From Lingula anatina (Eukaryota; Animalia; Brachiopoda), in NCBI GenBank assembly GCA_051362555.1, contig CM120642.1:18042001-18106000 (forward strand): a DNA stretch of 64,000 nt, read 5' to 3'. Position numbers and translations under genes: made by a program. The notes below the pieces were generated by a model, which was given only the letters and a program-made list of their open reading frames with translations, did no database searches and was not told the origin of the DNA. Positions 49,305 to 63,829 of the stretch are shown in pieces; position 1 is the first letter of the stretch; each line of letters starts with the position of its first letter.

Positions 49305-52300
49305 AGAGAGAGCTCTGTCTATTGTTTTTTTTGGTATCATTTTTGTTTAAAAAAAATGCTTTTTTTAATTAATCACTTTGGATTGTTATTTTGCAGATAA
49401 TAATTCAGTGTGGACGCAAACCAAACCAGGTTGTGATTCTGTGCCGCCTGCTGATGGTGCTGAACTGGAGGAGCTCTTCAAAGATGATGCAGAATTGCAG
49501 GAGGTATTGTGATGATGTTGAATTGCTTTCTGCTTGTGATGGGGTGGTCTGTTGGCAGCAAACAAGTTTTGTCAATAAACGCTGACTAGAAATATCAATT
49601 TTTCTTTCATTTTATCACCCAATTATGCATACCCTTAAAGAGATTCAAAAGTACCTTCTGTTATTTCTTTGTTTCTCAACAGATCTGTAGGCAGTATGTC
49701 CACATGATACAACAAATATAAAGGTGCATTCCCATAGGTTTTAGATCGATCTATCCCCGTGGGGAGTCTCACTAGATTACTGTCAGAGAATTCGGCTTAA
49801 ATGTCCGTCCAGCCTACTACAAGCTGTAAGGGGGTAATTAACTTTCGTGCCCGCTCGGCTGACAGCTATTAAGCGTGAACCCCCAGGGAGTTAGGTCGAT
49901 CTAGTTTAATCTCTAGGAATGGGGTCTAAGAGTTAAGTGCAAATGTTAAGTCCTAGAAGTATTTCCTTCTTTTGTTTATAGGTGTCGCTGTTATCGTCCC
50001 CGCAGAGTCTTCGTATCAACCTGTTATTACACGCGTTAGACATGGAACCAGATTGTTTTGTGGCACAACTTGCTGAAGGAAAGAGCCCTGGTGTAAAAGT
50101 GGACCTGCTGCGTTTTCTGTATCAAGCCTTGCCAGAGGAGGAAGAGGTGAAATTAATGCTTGATTGCTTTCAATTTAGATGTAATTTCAGCTAGGGTATA
50201 TAGAATATGGGAAAGTTGAAACTTTTCACTTTTTCATGTTGAATTAACTGTTATCAAGATGTCTTACTGTTGAATCTATTTTCAAATACGGCTCTGTAAG
50301 GCTGAGTTAACCAATGCATATTTGATATCAAATTATAAGTAAATGGTTACCCTGTATTGAATTGTTTTCCATGCAAGGTGCATATCCTGAAACATTTTTA
50401 GAACAGTTTAAGAAAGGTGAAACATGAAGATTATAATATTCTTTTAAATTATTTAGAATGTTCTTTTCAGGTGAAAACCTTACAGATGTATGCAGGCAAG
50501 ATACCTTCTGGAAAAAAACTCTCCAAGGCAGACCTGTTCATTGTCCATCTAGCCACTGACATTCCTGACTACCGACTCTTGCTGCATTCCTTGCTTTTCA
50601 TAGCAGAATACCCATCAAAATTTGAAAAGCTCAAGCATGTGCTTGTTGCTATGGTTACGTCTTGTAAAACTTTGATGCAGGGGGATGGACTCCGATGCAT
50701 TCTTAGAAGGATTTTGGACATTGGGAATTTCATGAACCATGTAATTATACTATTGGATTTTTTAAAAGATATTATATATTACTAAAATAGCTATCATGAT
50801 AATAAGTTAATTTAAAAAACATTTAAACTAAATAGTAGCCCATTTCTGTTATGGTTAATATTAAAATGGGCTCAGTATAAAAGATTTAACTGATGTGGAC
50901 GTTTGTCATATCAACTGTTTAAAAGTGCTGGTTAAAGAAATAGATGGAATTAGTGTTAATAGTTCTATTTTCACCTGTAATTTTGTAGGGCAATGCACTT
51001 GGTCAGTGTAAAGGTTTTCAAGTGTCCAGCCTATCCAAACTGGGCACCGTACGTTCCAGTGAACCATGTTATACCTTGCTCCACCATGTGGTCAAGCTGA
51101 CCCCCGAGGAAGAACTGACCAAACTGCTGGACAGACTGCCCCTTCTTCAAGCAGCAGCTAGGTACTGGAATGAAATGTTATTGATAGAAAACATGTAATG
51201 AGCATTTTTTTTTTTTTTTTTTTTTGGTGGGGGGGGGGGGTGTCTCATATTTGATGTAATGTACCAATGTGTCAATCATTTTGATTTAGTTTTAAGGAGT
51301 GGAGTCTTATCTTAAATGTGCTCACAATGTTTTATGAATAATCTGCTTTTTAATTATTTGGGTAATTAATTGATTTATTGACTTTTTTGCTTCCTAAAAA
51401 CTATATAAAATATGTGCATTGCAGTAGATAATTACTTACAGTTACTCATATGTTGAACATTTTTCCGGTAATATTAAACAATGTCTTTTGGTAATTCTCT
51501 TAGTTAAACTATCTGAAACTATGTGCTGGCATTTGGTTGGCTTTTGTGACAAAGAAATTGACTTCATATGCATTTTAATCAACTTTTTTCGTGCTTCCTA
51601 GAAACTATAATGCAGTAGATAATTACTTACAGTTACTCATGTGGCGTACACTGTTATTCCAGCATGCCTCTGGCAGAAGTGAGAACCCAATTCAACAGCC
51701 TGAACAATGAACTGACCTCTCTCTTACCACAGCTGTCTGCATCATCTCCATTGCTACAGCAAAGATTTGAACCCTTCCTTGTGGTAAGAAGTCTTGAGAA
51801 AATAAAAAAAAATCTACAAAAATCTACATTAGTAACCCTTAGCAAAATATCAGGCCTGCTTCTTATTCACATCAAATTTGCTGCAGTATTGCTGCTAACT
51901 GCAATTCCTTCTTGCAAATTTGCAGAAACTTTGCTGCAAAGTTGGCTGCAAATTATCAGCAATAAAATTTTTCTTGCAAACTTTTCATTTTGTTAAGGGT
52001 AAACTAAATTATTCTTTTAGTATCCCTGACAAGGAAAAGACAATAAAATGGCTTTTCAAATAATAACTAAATGCAATAAATATTTTCCAATCAAGATGTT
52101 CTAATTTTCATCCATACCAGAGTGTGCGCCAGCAGTTTGGTCAACTTCAGCGGAGCGTGATAGAACTGAAGATCCTTGGCTCCCAGCTGGCAGAGTACCT
52201 GTGTGAAAACCCCAGCACCTTTGACCTCCATGTCTGCTTCAAACACCTGCAGCAGTTCTGTGGCAGCGTCAAGAGGTGTATGTTGGTAAGGATGGGTTTG

Positions 52301-54609
52301 ATTTGAAAACCTAATTATGTCAGGGGCGGATTGAGGCCGTCTTCTGGGTCTTCCAGAAGACGGTCAGATTTTCAAGTTTACATTGACGGGTATTTAATTT
52401 TTTTCTGTTGGAAGACAGTAAAAATTGGAGAATGAATCAACAAAAACAATGTGGAAGTCTGTCAGTAAATAGCTCTGCATCCGCCCCTGTATGTGGTGCT
52501 TATATTGAAAAACTATACTTTTTTTTCATTTTAGAATAAAAGCATACTCTACTATGTGCATGCGATGGATGTTTGATCAGTAGATATACTTTTGTCTTTG
52601 AATTTTTATCTTCCCTTTCGAGAAAGTCCTATAAGATCCTATAGGATTCTATAGGAAATTGGCCCAATTTCCTATAGGATCCTATAGGACTTGTTAGGGT
52701 TTGTGGTATAAGTTTCTAAAGTAATGGAGAATATTAATATGCATTAACCGCCCCCCCCCCCCCCCAAAAAAAAAAAAAAAAGAGATATTTTGATAACTTA
52801 AAGGTGCTTCTATTTAAATGTTACAGGATAATGAGCAGAACAGTGGTATCAAAGCCATGGCTGAGAAGAGGCAGGCACAGCTGAAGGAGAAAACCATGAC
52901 CAGGAGACTGGCCAAAACCCTGGGCACCAAGAATGGTATGCCATATTTGAAACTGTTAGAATTATATATTGTTACTCCATTCAGCAGTTGAGTCACTTCA
53001 ACAGTCAATTATGGGGTATGCCCAAAAAGAAAAAACAAAACAAAACAGATGTTACCTGAAAGAAACACTGTGAAATGGTTTATTAATGGCCCGTTTATCT
53101 AGTGGTAGTTATGCTACAGGATCTAAACAAGAGTACAACAAAATCTTTTTCTAGCTATAGAAATATCATTGGTGTTATTTCTGACTGTCCACATTCCAGA
53201 TGCCAACTCAACAGTAATAGATAATGGATCTGGCTACGGTGGAGTCCTAGACTTTCTACTACTGGAGATTCACCAAGGAAACTTTCACCCAAAATTGAGA
53301 ACCCTGCGCTGTGTTCTCTCACCAGTTGCCTCGCCCATCATGGCCGACAACACGCTGATGATCAGCGAGATTGCAAAGACGGAGAATGAATCTAGGAGGA
53401 AGAGATTTGATGACTTATCAGTCAGAGGCATTGGTATGTATGAGTTGCTTTATGTTCTCTTGTATTTTTAATAATTTATACTGGGTTCCCATCCATAGAT
53501 CAATCTTACAGGATCGGTCCATCTCCACAGGGTTTTCTCGCTAAATTTGAAAACAAATGAATAGAGTTTAAAATATTTGATAATGTGTTTAGTATATGCA
53601 ATCACTGTGATTCCTTTTCCTTTCAGACAAAGAAGTATTGACCTTCCAAAATGACATCACTCTGGTACCTCCACCCAAGCCAGCCAGGTCCAAGGTGAGT
53701 GAAGCAGACTGTCTCTATGACGTCAGAACCTCCAGTAGGCGCCATAGCTTCAGCGACGTTCAGCTCGATGTGTCAGCCATTGATGGAAAACGTCTCAGTC
53801 GGATAGAACTTCACCTTGGCGGAGATGAATTTTGCCCTAGCTTCCCAGAAAGTGCAAGCATCCTTGCCCCATTGAATTTGGAATGCCCTAAGTCAAGCAG
53901 CCCATTTGGTAAATGCCACATCCCAGAGCAAATGGAGGAAGAGCCAGTTGAAAAGCCTAACAAAAGGAGGTCATCCTTTGGGATTCTGGGAAAGCTCTAT
54001 GGTGCCATGAAGAAGACAAAACAGAGTGGTCAGGCTAAAAGTGGGGAAGGAAAGACCAATCAAAAGAAGGGAAAATCTTCCAAGAGTCCAGAAGACCAAA
54101 ACGTAGGAGCGTTCTCCAGACTTCCACAGAGACGATCTGGAAGATTCACCAAAAACAATTCTGCAGAGAGAGCAGCAGTCACTGAATCCATGAAAAGCCC
54201 ACTTCAGGTCTTGAGGAAGCAGGGCTACAGTGGGAAGATAAGAGAAGGGGCTGTCTTGAGTAACCCTAATGTGGTGCCCCCTGGTATGGTGATCAAGCGA
54301 GGCTACAGAGCAAGCGTGGACAGTAGCACTGAAAGCGAGAGGAACATGGGTCTCAAACAGAGAGACGTTAATGCAGGTGCAGCTCCCCAACAGCCACAGC
54401 CAAGGAGACAGCTATTAAAACCTGGAGAAATACACTACAACCCAAGATCACAGCAGGGCATTAAGAAGCAGGTGGTGGGAGTCCAGCATAAAGGAAAGGA
54501 AAATACCGAGATGGGTACCAATCCAGCCATTAGTGCTAGCATAGTGGAAAAGAGATATGCACTGAGGGCATATCAGAGGTTTAGAGCAGAGCGAGCAGAT
54601 GCCCAGTAA
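45420..54609 (+). CDS. INF2-like formin (DID/FH3 + FH2 + WH2/DAD + basic tail, no FH1); exons approx 45420-45629, 46147-46291, 46721-46835, 47230-47389, 47618-47690, 48093-48200, 48425-48504, 48812-49209, 49397-49503, 49982-50147, 50471-50740, 50989-51161, 51663-51783, 52121-52286, 52828-52934, 53200-53433, 53627-54609
   Basis: DID: PSIEMYQNLR..WLQEFLELGGLDSLLEAL, VRKQVFEILA, RLRNEMAGLQLLDVL. FH2: PTVLMKTLNW, ILDIGNFMN, GFQVSSLSKL..TLLHHV, LAEYLCE. WH2/DAD-like VLDFLLLEIHQG..LR. Confidence 0.88.
47770..47857. repeat. (TA)n microsatellite
   Basis: About 44 perfect TA units. Confidence 0.95.
51836..52000. mobile_element. Small MITE
   Basis: Inverted ends acccttagcaaaat / attttgttaagggt with internal tgca repeats. 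Confidence 0.6.
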
Positions 54610-57600
54610 CTTGAGGAGGGGGGGGGGGAGCAGAGAATGGTAACAGCTGAAGCAGAGAACTGTTTCCTTTCTTGAAGGGGAAAAGGTGTAGAAATAATTG
54701 TTAAAAATGCAAATTCAGGCCCTGTGGAGCTGGGTGTATTAGAATGGCTGTTAGTCTTTGTTCTTTGAAAATTGCACTTACAAATTGGAAGAAGATAGAA
54801 AGGAGTTTGTAATGATTTAGGAGATAACCAAAAATCTTTTCATTCGACTTACGAGAAAGATCATTCAGAACTGCACATTTTTCTCCACAAAGATATAATT
54901 GCATAAGATGACCAATGATAATGTGAAGTAACTTGCAACAAAGAAATGACCTTTTTTTAATTGACTAAAAATTACACCATGCTTTTCTTCCAATAAAACA
55001 ATCTAGTCTGCACAAATATATAAACAAGTATCTAGCAACGTGGTTAATGTTTACAACTGCAAAGGCACTGCCTCCATGTTTATGTGATGTCTATGTTGCT
55101 GCCATAGTAAAAAAAAATAGGTTACATTGTCTCATCTGCAACCGTTTTTGTCCACAAAACTTCTCAGTTTGTAATAATTTAGCATAACTGCAGGTAGATT
55201 CTATCATTTAATTTCTGGTGCTGGGTGCTCTTAGTACACATTGATGGTGGTGTTTTCATGATTGTTTTTTAATCATAAAATGTCACAGTTATGGTGTAAC
55301 AAATCACATACTATCAGTGTTATCTGTGAAATTTTGACAAATTTATACTGTCGCATTGCAATGTTTACCTCTGTCGTTAGACTTGTAGTCACGTTTCTTT
55401 TGGATTCAGAAAACAAATGATCTCATGTAATGTCTAATGCCTACATAGTACTTTTTTATGATTTAAAGTAGGGTGCGCACAGATTGTCTCAATAATCAAA
55501 CTATGTATATTGAAATTTTCAAAAATCTTTTATTGGATTTTTTGTATTTAGACAGTTATCACTTTAAATTAATTAAAAAGCAATTTAATGGGAAAATATA
55601 TAAACGCAATTCAACAGATAATATCAATATTTTTTTAAAAATTAATTAGACTTGACTTTAATTGAAAGAAAAAATGTGACTTAGATTAAACATTTCTGCT
55701 CAAGGAATTGGTTTTATATGTATATATGTTTTTATGTGTGCAATGTTGCTTTGAACTTGTGTGAATGTTATGAACATTCTGTGCTTTTTTTACTAGGATT
55801 TTTACGTTGAATTTTTGCAATAATGTATATATTATATATTTTTTCTTTGTAAACTTTTGACATAACATCATCTTGACCATAAGACAAAAATTGTTTTAAT
55901 GCATCTCAGCTTTTGAGTGTTCCAAATATTATTGGAATGATTTTCCTTTTTCAGGATGTAAAACACTGAATTTACTGAGAATCTTTTCTCTTTTCTACTT
56001 TCCCCTCTTGAAAGTGCTTTTGTTTTGAACAAAATTGAATTTATTTTTCTTACATGCAGAGCTTAGCCATGATGGATATGTTGTGATTTTTTCATTTTGA
56101 TGGCTATTTTCCCTTTTTTGAGCTTAAATGACTAGTTAAATTTAGTTATTAGTAAGATTGTGTAAAAACTTGGCCTCGACACTTTTTCTGATTGTGCAAT
56201 GCTTTCTTAAAATTTTGATTTCTTTACAATTAAAAGCAAAATAAGACTTGCAATCATTGTGAATTTTCCATATATTATAAATCACTTTATAAAGAGTAAT
56301 TAAGAAGAATTAAGGTTTTGTCACTAATAAGGTCTTCTTGTGATTTTATTTATTTATTTATCTATAATTTTTTGTATAACAGTTACCTTATAGCTACTTC
56401 ACGCATTGGGTGATGGTCCAGGCAACATGACTGGCAATCATAATTTATGCCATTTCATCTCTAAATAATGAAATTCAATGCCATTCAACGGATGATATTC
56501 ACAATAAAAATGCTTTGCTTGCTTCTGATTTTTACTTGTTATTTCTTGCTTTGTGAACATGGACCCATGAGCGACACCAGTCAAAGATGTTTGAAATTAC
56601 GTATTTTTTTAATTGTTATTTTCAAAATTTCATTTCATATAGCTTCAGTTATTTAGACTTATGATGCAACTTCTTGTGGAACTTGGGCTACATGTTAGGC
56701 AATGACAGAAAAAGTTTCAAAGGGCCTCCTAAATTAGACAATATCAGATATCCTATAACCTTTATGGAATTAGAAATTAAATTTCAACAAATTCTGCAGG
56801 CATTTATCACTTTAGAGATATTTTTATCTCTGGTCTTTCACAGCAAATACAAAACCTGGCTGTTCACACAAAGGCTGCCAGTGAAGCCTGACCTCATTCA
56901 AGCTACTCTATTATGCCTGGTTACATTCAGGTTCTGTACCAAAATATATATCGAATGTTCAAGATATGAGGACTGAGGTACAAATTTCACATTTACATAG
57001 AGCCTGTATTCTTTTCAAAAACTGGGAGTTCAGGTTCCGATTATGTAGGTGCAAATTTCAAGTCTGAAGGATATAATTTACACATTGGTTTCCTGCAGTG
57101 TTCAATATTTTTAAGGGTATTAAGTACTAGTGGTAAACTATTAGACTTAATACAGGTCTAATTTTAACCAATAACAAAGGAGACACTTGTTTGTGAAGGT
57201 GAGTTTTTTTTTTTTTTTTTAATCACCATAAGGCGTAAAGCTTGTTAAACAGTCAGCTTTTCAGTTTTTTTCTATTAAATCACCTTCATTGCTAAAAGCA
57301 GGGTAACTTCTGTATGATTCAACCATAAGTACCAACTCCATAATAACGGCATTTTTCTTGAAATGGAAATACTGCAGACTTTCAGATACATTTTCTCGAT
57401 TATATATGATTAATTTTTTTTTAGAATTATCTGCGTCATCAATCTTGAAAGTCTAGGTGTAAAGTAACATTATTTTGTTAACTTGGCACATTCTTTGCTT
57501 CTTGTTTCCTTCCTGATTTGTGTGATTACTGAAGTTCACCTTTTTGTCCTGGCCTCAGAATTCTAATCAATAAACACTTGCTACAATATCAAATTAAATG

Positions 57601-57801
57601 TTATTTTTCTGATCAGATTTCATTTCACACTGTGGCACTGACGCATGCTGATTTGGAATTATCGTGCAGTATTTGTCTTGGTGCATTTAGGGCAAAATAT
57701 TAGATGTAAAGCAAAGCAAGTTAATAATAATAATAATGGCTTGACAAAAATGATTTGAGACAAGTTATTGCAGTATAACAGCACACCATATTTTAATCAG
57801 T

Positions 57802-57837
<36 letters not shown>

Positions 57838-60800
57838 GGCCTGTGACCTATGATGGGAAGGAAACAAATAATGGATAATGGGGGGAAATCTACAGACTGA
57901 GATTATCTCTGATTTAACATATCACACATAACCCAACAATTGTGATTCTTAATACATTTCCACATAAAAAAGGAATTCCCTCATTTAAGGGGACCATTTT
58001 ACATGCAATAATGAAATTTTTATGGTTAAAAACATAATACACTATACAACAAAGATTTGTATAGACTGTGATATCATTATTAGAGAAAATTTATTGCACA
58101 GACTGTAATAATTTTGAACACACAAGAGAGAAGAAATTTTGTTTTGGTTGTTTTTTATCCTAAAAAAAGCAAGAGTTAAAAAAAAACTTAGAGAAATACA
58201 TTTGTAGACATTTGCCATATAATTGCTAATGGATTTTGATTTTTCTCATTTTAAAAAATATCTCATATTATTTTAATAAAAGGACTTAAAAGTACAGCTG
58301 CTACAGTATGCTACACTCGAGTATTATGACCCTTTTCCCCAGCCTTGTACTAGTTCACTTGTAGAGACATTTAGATATTCATGACATTCTGAAAATGCAA
58401 ATCTGTTGAATGCCACTGCTTTACATCACGTGGTACATATGCTGCGATATGTTTGATGGAAGCTATTTGAACTATTGATTGTAATTAAATGAGGGACCAG
58501 CGTATCGATTAGAGTTTGCTCCCTAGCAGCCATGACTTGACTGATAAACTGGGCAAATAAAAGAACAAAGCTACAGCAAACAGGGCACCTTTTACTGAAT
58601 GGAAGCATCATGTACGTGCATACAACAGGTGCTTTACAAGGCCTGACAGCAAAACCCTTTATCCAGTGTTGACTATATACCTTGCTATCATTGTACTGTT
58701 AGCAACCAGAGATGATGGTGTGTGTAGTTGGGATTTAACCAAGATCAGCCTGAGGTGTTTGTTCCTTGTAAGCAAACACTGTGGAGGGGAGACGGGTTCG
58801 CTCTTTTCCCTGGGACACCCAGAGGCGATCCACTCCATTCTTGACGCGGGTTTTGAGTTTGGTCACCAGGCCGGAAAAAATCATCCCCTGCTCAGGTGAA
58901 ATCTGTTTTTGTGATTGTATTCTGTTGATGTAATGAGGCGATTGGCGTGGATCAAATGTTGACTTATCCACTGTGCCCCAGGTTAAATATATGACCCCAG
59001 AGTGAAGTTACAGAAAACAAGTTATTGCAACGGGGGTGTTAAGGAGTTTGTATCACACAAAGGCCTGTGGATTACCAAAACCTCAAAGTAAAATCCATCT
59101 CATTCACTGATGAGCTGATGTTACACAAAATTGCCCATTTTCAGGCGTCAACCAGAAGTTCGTTGTTGGATTATTGGATCTGGGCATTGAAAAGGAGATC
59201 AAGGTCTCTCATTTTCAATAATAACAGCAATTTTCTTTCATGAGTTGATGAGTTGGTAATGCCAAGGATAACAAAAAGAACTGACCTTTCAAACAAGGAT
59301 TAATACCAAATGTCGACTGGATTTGCTGCAAGACCACAAAAGCAAAAGAAAGGTCAAGAAGCTGGAAGCTAATGAGAAATCATGAAAGCTTGTAGATAAA
59401 ACACTTGGAAGGTTTTTTTTTCATTGCATACCATATTTAAGGCAGCTGGAGAACTGCTATAATACCAACCTTCTGACAAGGGGATCACTGCCAGCTTTTT
59501 TAGAGCCTGGTCATTCCTTACTACAAACAGCTATAAGAGTGTACTAGTACACATGTAGACGATCTTTAAGGTAAGTGTAAAAGATTGACAATGAAACTTT
59601 CAGTTTACGGTATGTGTCCTTCATTCTCCCTACAACACACATCACAAAGTATACAAATGACATGAAGAATGCCAGATAAAACATGTAGAACATTTGTAGA
59701 CAATTCACCTTCCAGTATCCCAATAGGGTTCTCTAAGGTCAATGACATTTATCAAAATTTTAAATAAAATTATGGCTATTAATCACCATTAGGGTGAGGC
59801 AGGTTAGTCAGATGCTAAAAACATTTTACGGACTGTGTATTAAATACAGTAGAAGCAATATTTTTTTTACTTGGCAAAAGTATCTTTTATTTGTGCAACA
59901 AGTGTGCTAAGTGAGATTCATGGCTGTGAATGATTGATGTATGGCCCTGTTTTTATTTTAGTTCAAGCATCACTGCAATCAATTTTTTATTTTAAAATGG
60001 TGAATGTTTATGTGTAATGCTGTAAAAACTGTCACTGTGTCTGTCAATCAAGTAAGCCACCCACAATGACCCTGTCTCTGCACTGTTAGTCCCGGACCAC
60101 CAAGGCTAAGACTGACCGTTAAACTGTCAAAGATTGAAATGTAGGAGAATTATTTACTGACACTTTGGTTCAGGGGTTAAAAATGGCCCTGACTGACCTT
60201 AAAACTGTCAAAAACTGAAATGTAGGAGAATTATTTACTGACAGTTGGGCTCAGGGGTTAAAAATGAAATTTATAAAAATGTATACATTCTTAAGCAATG
60301 AGGGTAAAATTTTACTGGCAGCTGTTGTTACTACCTCTGACAGCATATATTAAGTTAGACTGGGTTCCCATACCTAGATTGATCTAACTGGATCGATCCA
60401 TCTCCAAAGGGTTTCTCACTAAATTGCTTTCAGCTTAAGCCGCTTAGATGTCTGGCATGCCTACTTAAGCTGCTAAACAATAGTTGATTACCCCCTAACA
60501 GCTTCAGTTGATTGCAATTTAGCCAGAATCCCCTTGGAGATAGATCGATCCACAGTTAGTACGATAGGGTCTGGGAATGGTCCCTTATAAGCATTCCTGA
60601 AAACTTTAAAATATATGGCATTTTGTTGAGCTAGGGTACAAAGATGTCACTGTGGTGGCAAAGTTCATCAATTATTTACATTCCAGACATTTGAGATATA
60701 AACTTTTCTTTGCCACCCACACCTGTTTTTTACTTGAATGTGATGACTTAATTCTAAATTCCACTTAACAAAATGTAATATAAAAAACAGATTTTATTTA

Positions 60801-61678
60801 TTTTTTATTTATTGTAATATTCTGGAACTCAGTGCTATATTTTAAGAAGTCAACCTTCGAGACATTTCCTTTACTGCAATGTATGGGTGACGTAAATGTC
60901 ACCACAAAAACATACTTTGGTTTACATTTATTTTTATTGCTACCATGTGAATGAGAAAGTAATGTTGTGTAGTGATGTCAAAAATTCATTTTTTGTGATG
61001 TATTTTTGGAACTCTCAGTCACGTTAATGGGGAGCAGCATTTCACAGCTTCTCAGATTTACCATCAGCATTCATCACGCTATAGGTTGTAATGCTTCACC
61101 TGCTTTTCTTTCTTATAATGTAGAGTCACCTGCTGGTTACCCAACCAGAAACTAGAAAGAAGAAAAAAGAAAAAACTGAAAAGAAAAACAGCTTGTGATA
61201 CATGTGATACCTCACAGGCAGTGGATAGATATTATATGGTAAGTCATTTTGTTAAAGAGAAAGTTAATATGGTGTTTGATACAAAACGTAGCTTAATCAA
61301 ATGTCTTCAACACTACCAGTGCTTGCCAACCATGTATTTAGTTAGCATAATACTAATCCCATTCACTCTGTGTTAATTGGTATTGGCGAGAAACCAAGCA
61401 CTGTTAGGGTGCTTTCCCAGAGATTTAGATCGATCTAAAGATTAAGATTTAGATCGACCTAACTCCCTGGGGGTTCACGCTAAATTGCAGTCAGCCAAGC
61501 GGGCACCATAGTTAATTACCCCTTTACAGCTTTTAGTAGGCAGGACAGATGCTTAAGCCGGCCAAGCTGACAGTAATCTAGTGAGACTCCCCACAGGGAT
61601 AGATCGATCTAAAAATCTATGGAAATGGGGTGATATTCAGAAGAATTACAGGGAAATGTGATACATACAGAAAACATG

Positions 61679-61975
61679 CCCAGACAGCCTCAGTGATCTG
61701 GCCCACGTCTGGCCCAGATCTGGCAACGTCTGGCAATGTCTGGCAAAAGGTATGGCCCACGTATGGCTTGCCACATGTGGGCCAGATGTGGCAATGTTTG
61801 GGCCAGATCTGGCCCAGACATTGCCACATCTGGCCCAGTCCACATTTGCTCATATGGCCAGATGTCGGCCCAGATCTGGCAATATCTGGCAAATGTATGG
61901 CATGCCAGATGTGGGCCAGATCATATTCAAATGGGCCAGATTAGGGCCAGACATGGACCACATATGGCCCAGAAT
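61679..61975. repeat. Array of self-complementary ggcccagatctggc / gccagatgtgggcc motifs (DNA-transposon internal repeat)
   Basis: More than 12 direct and inverted copies, which produce spurious ORFs in all frames. Confidence 0.7.
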
Positions 61976-62039
61976 GTTTTTTTTCTTTTTTTTTTAATTA
62001 TTTTTAATTATTCAATAAGATTACTATAAAAAAGACATA

Positions 62040-63090
62040 CAAGATTCAAGATTCAAGTATTTATTCTGTGCTAAAACCCTAAACAAAATTATTACACATT
62101 ATATAACCTTGCTGGCAACTAACATGTAACAAATTAAGGGTCACTCCTTGTCTTTTTGTACAAAACAATGTATATTTGAAAAAAAAAAAAAAAAAACTAC
62201 ACTGCAAAAAGGTAAATATACAGACACTTAACAGGAGGAAATGTCACTTACATACATGTAAAGAAAACAGTTATAACAACAATTTTTTTTCAACACAAAG
62301 CTGCTCATCGAATCTGAATTAACACAAATTACAAAAATTGTAATTAATTATGCATGTACATGGGGGAGGGGTTTGAGGGGGAAATATTTTTGCACACATT
62401 GTCATTTTTAAACTAATTCAAACATATCATTAATAATAATAATCACTAATGAATATAGTTTTGTAATGAATAAATCTTGAATAATGAATGAAAAAACATT
62501 GTTTTTTTAGATGATGGTGAGTTATATAATGAATGAAAAAACATTGTTTTTTTAGATGATGGTGAGTTATAACAAAATTATAAATAACCATGCAGTAACT
62601 GTAATTCAACTTGCATGCTGGCTACAGTACTGTACATACATGTTAATTCTGAAAAAAAAATTTGTATACTCCAGCACAGATATAGATATACAATTAAAAG
62701 AGAATTACATGTGCACAAAAACAAACCCCAGTATCAATGCTTTTGAATTAAATCACATCATGAATCAAATCACTCAATGAATTGAACCAGTTTGCAATGT
62801 TTGCGCTTTTTTCAAATCCATAACACTAAGAAATGATACATCCGGCTCCTTGACAAGCTTATAATTATTAATGGAATCAACAATATGGAACAAGTAACTC
62901 TACCAAGTTAACAACAGTTCATTCAAATGTCAAGTCAAAACACAACATCCCTTCCTTTCTTGGACAGAAACGGTCCTTTCAAAACATGTTTATTGACAGT
63001 TCAGTCTTTAAAATGTCCTTTCAAACATTTGCAGAATAGCATATGAACTCCCAACTTTTATTCCTTAAACCACACTGAAAATTCTCAAAA
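62040..63090 (-). mobile_element. Possible degraded LINE 3' end
   Basis: Minus-strand aataaatacttgaatcttgaatctt tail at 62040-62066; upstream there are only faint, stop-ridden traces. Confidence 0.3.
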
Positions 63091-63099
63091 CTTATCAAC

Positions 63100-63340
63100 T
63101 CATATCAAATCCCATGTCCTTTCACTACTACTGGTCTCTTCCTTTACGTCACATTCAAATGTTCCCTTCACTTTTAAAGGTTTCTCAGACGTGTATGAAT
63201 AATACTGTTTGTTTTCTAGTCCTCCACAAGAGCCACATTTATTTTTCTTGGATTTCAGCATTCTCCATGTATTTTCATCAATGATATTACAATATGCACC
63301 TGCATCTGGTAATACACTGAGATTAACACTGCCTCTATTT
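63100..63340 (-). mobile_element. Ty3/Gypsy retrotransposon aspartic protease relic
   Basis: VLPDAGAYCNIIDENTW..YSYTSEKPLKVKGTF resembles the DTGA..NII..TW..Y.YGS..PL.V.G.F motif; the catalytic DTG has become DAG. Confidence 0.65.
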
Positions 63341-63829
63341 CCTCCATGTCTTCTGTGTATATTGCATTGGTTCCCACACCAAATGTATATGCACTCCTGG
63401 ATTATCATGTTCAAAGCGGTCATTTACACGCTCGGCTGTCACCTTGATTGGATAGTAAACGGTTGTCGTAAAATCGCTAAAAGATATTAAAACCCGGTGC
63501 ATAAACTTGAAAACCACCTAGGACAACCTCAGACTGCCACATTAATCCAATACAATGCAAAAATAAACTATAACAAGTGGTTAAAGCCTTCAAACCGAAT
63601 GTCGTAAAGTCCCCATATACCTCCATAGAGACAATAAAATATAGTCAGCTTGTGAAACAAGATAAATCCAGTTCCAACATAATAATCGAAATAAAATACT
63701 GCCGGGCATCGGAGCGGCCTAAAACTTGGCACGCTTACCGCTAATACTGCAGGCTACATCATCCCGTCGCTCGTTTGTAAATTCCGTGCATGGCATACGC
63801 ACAATCAAACCGTATATCCAAATTCCATC

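Noticed and set aside
61617-62029. Overlapping ORFs in five frames
   Set aside because: Artefact of the palindromic repeat array.
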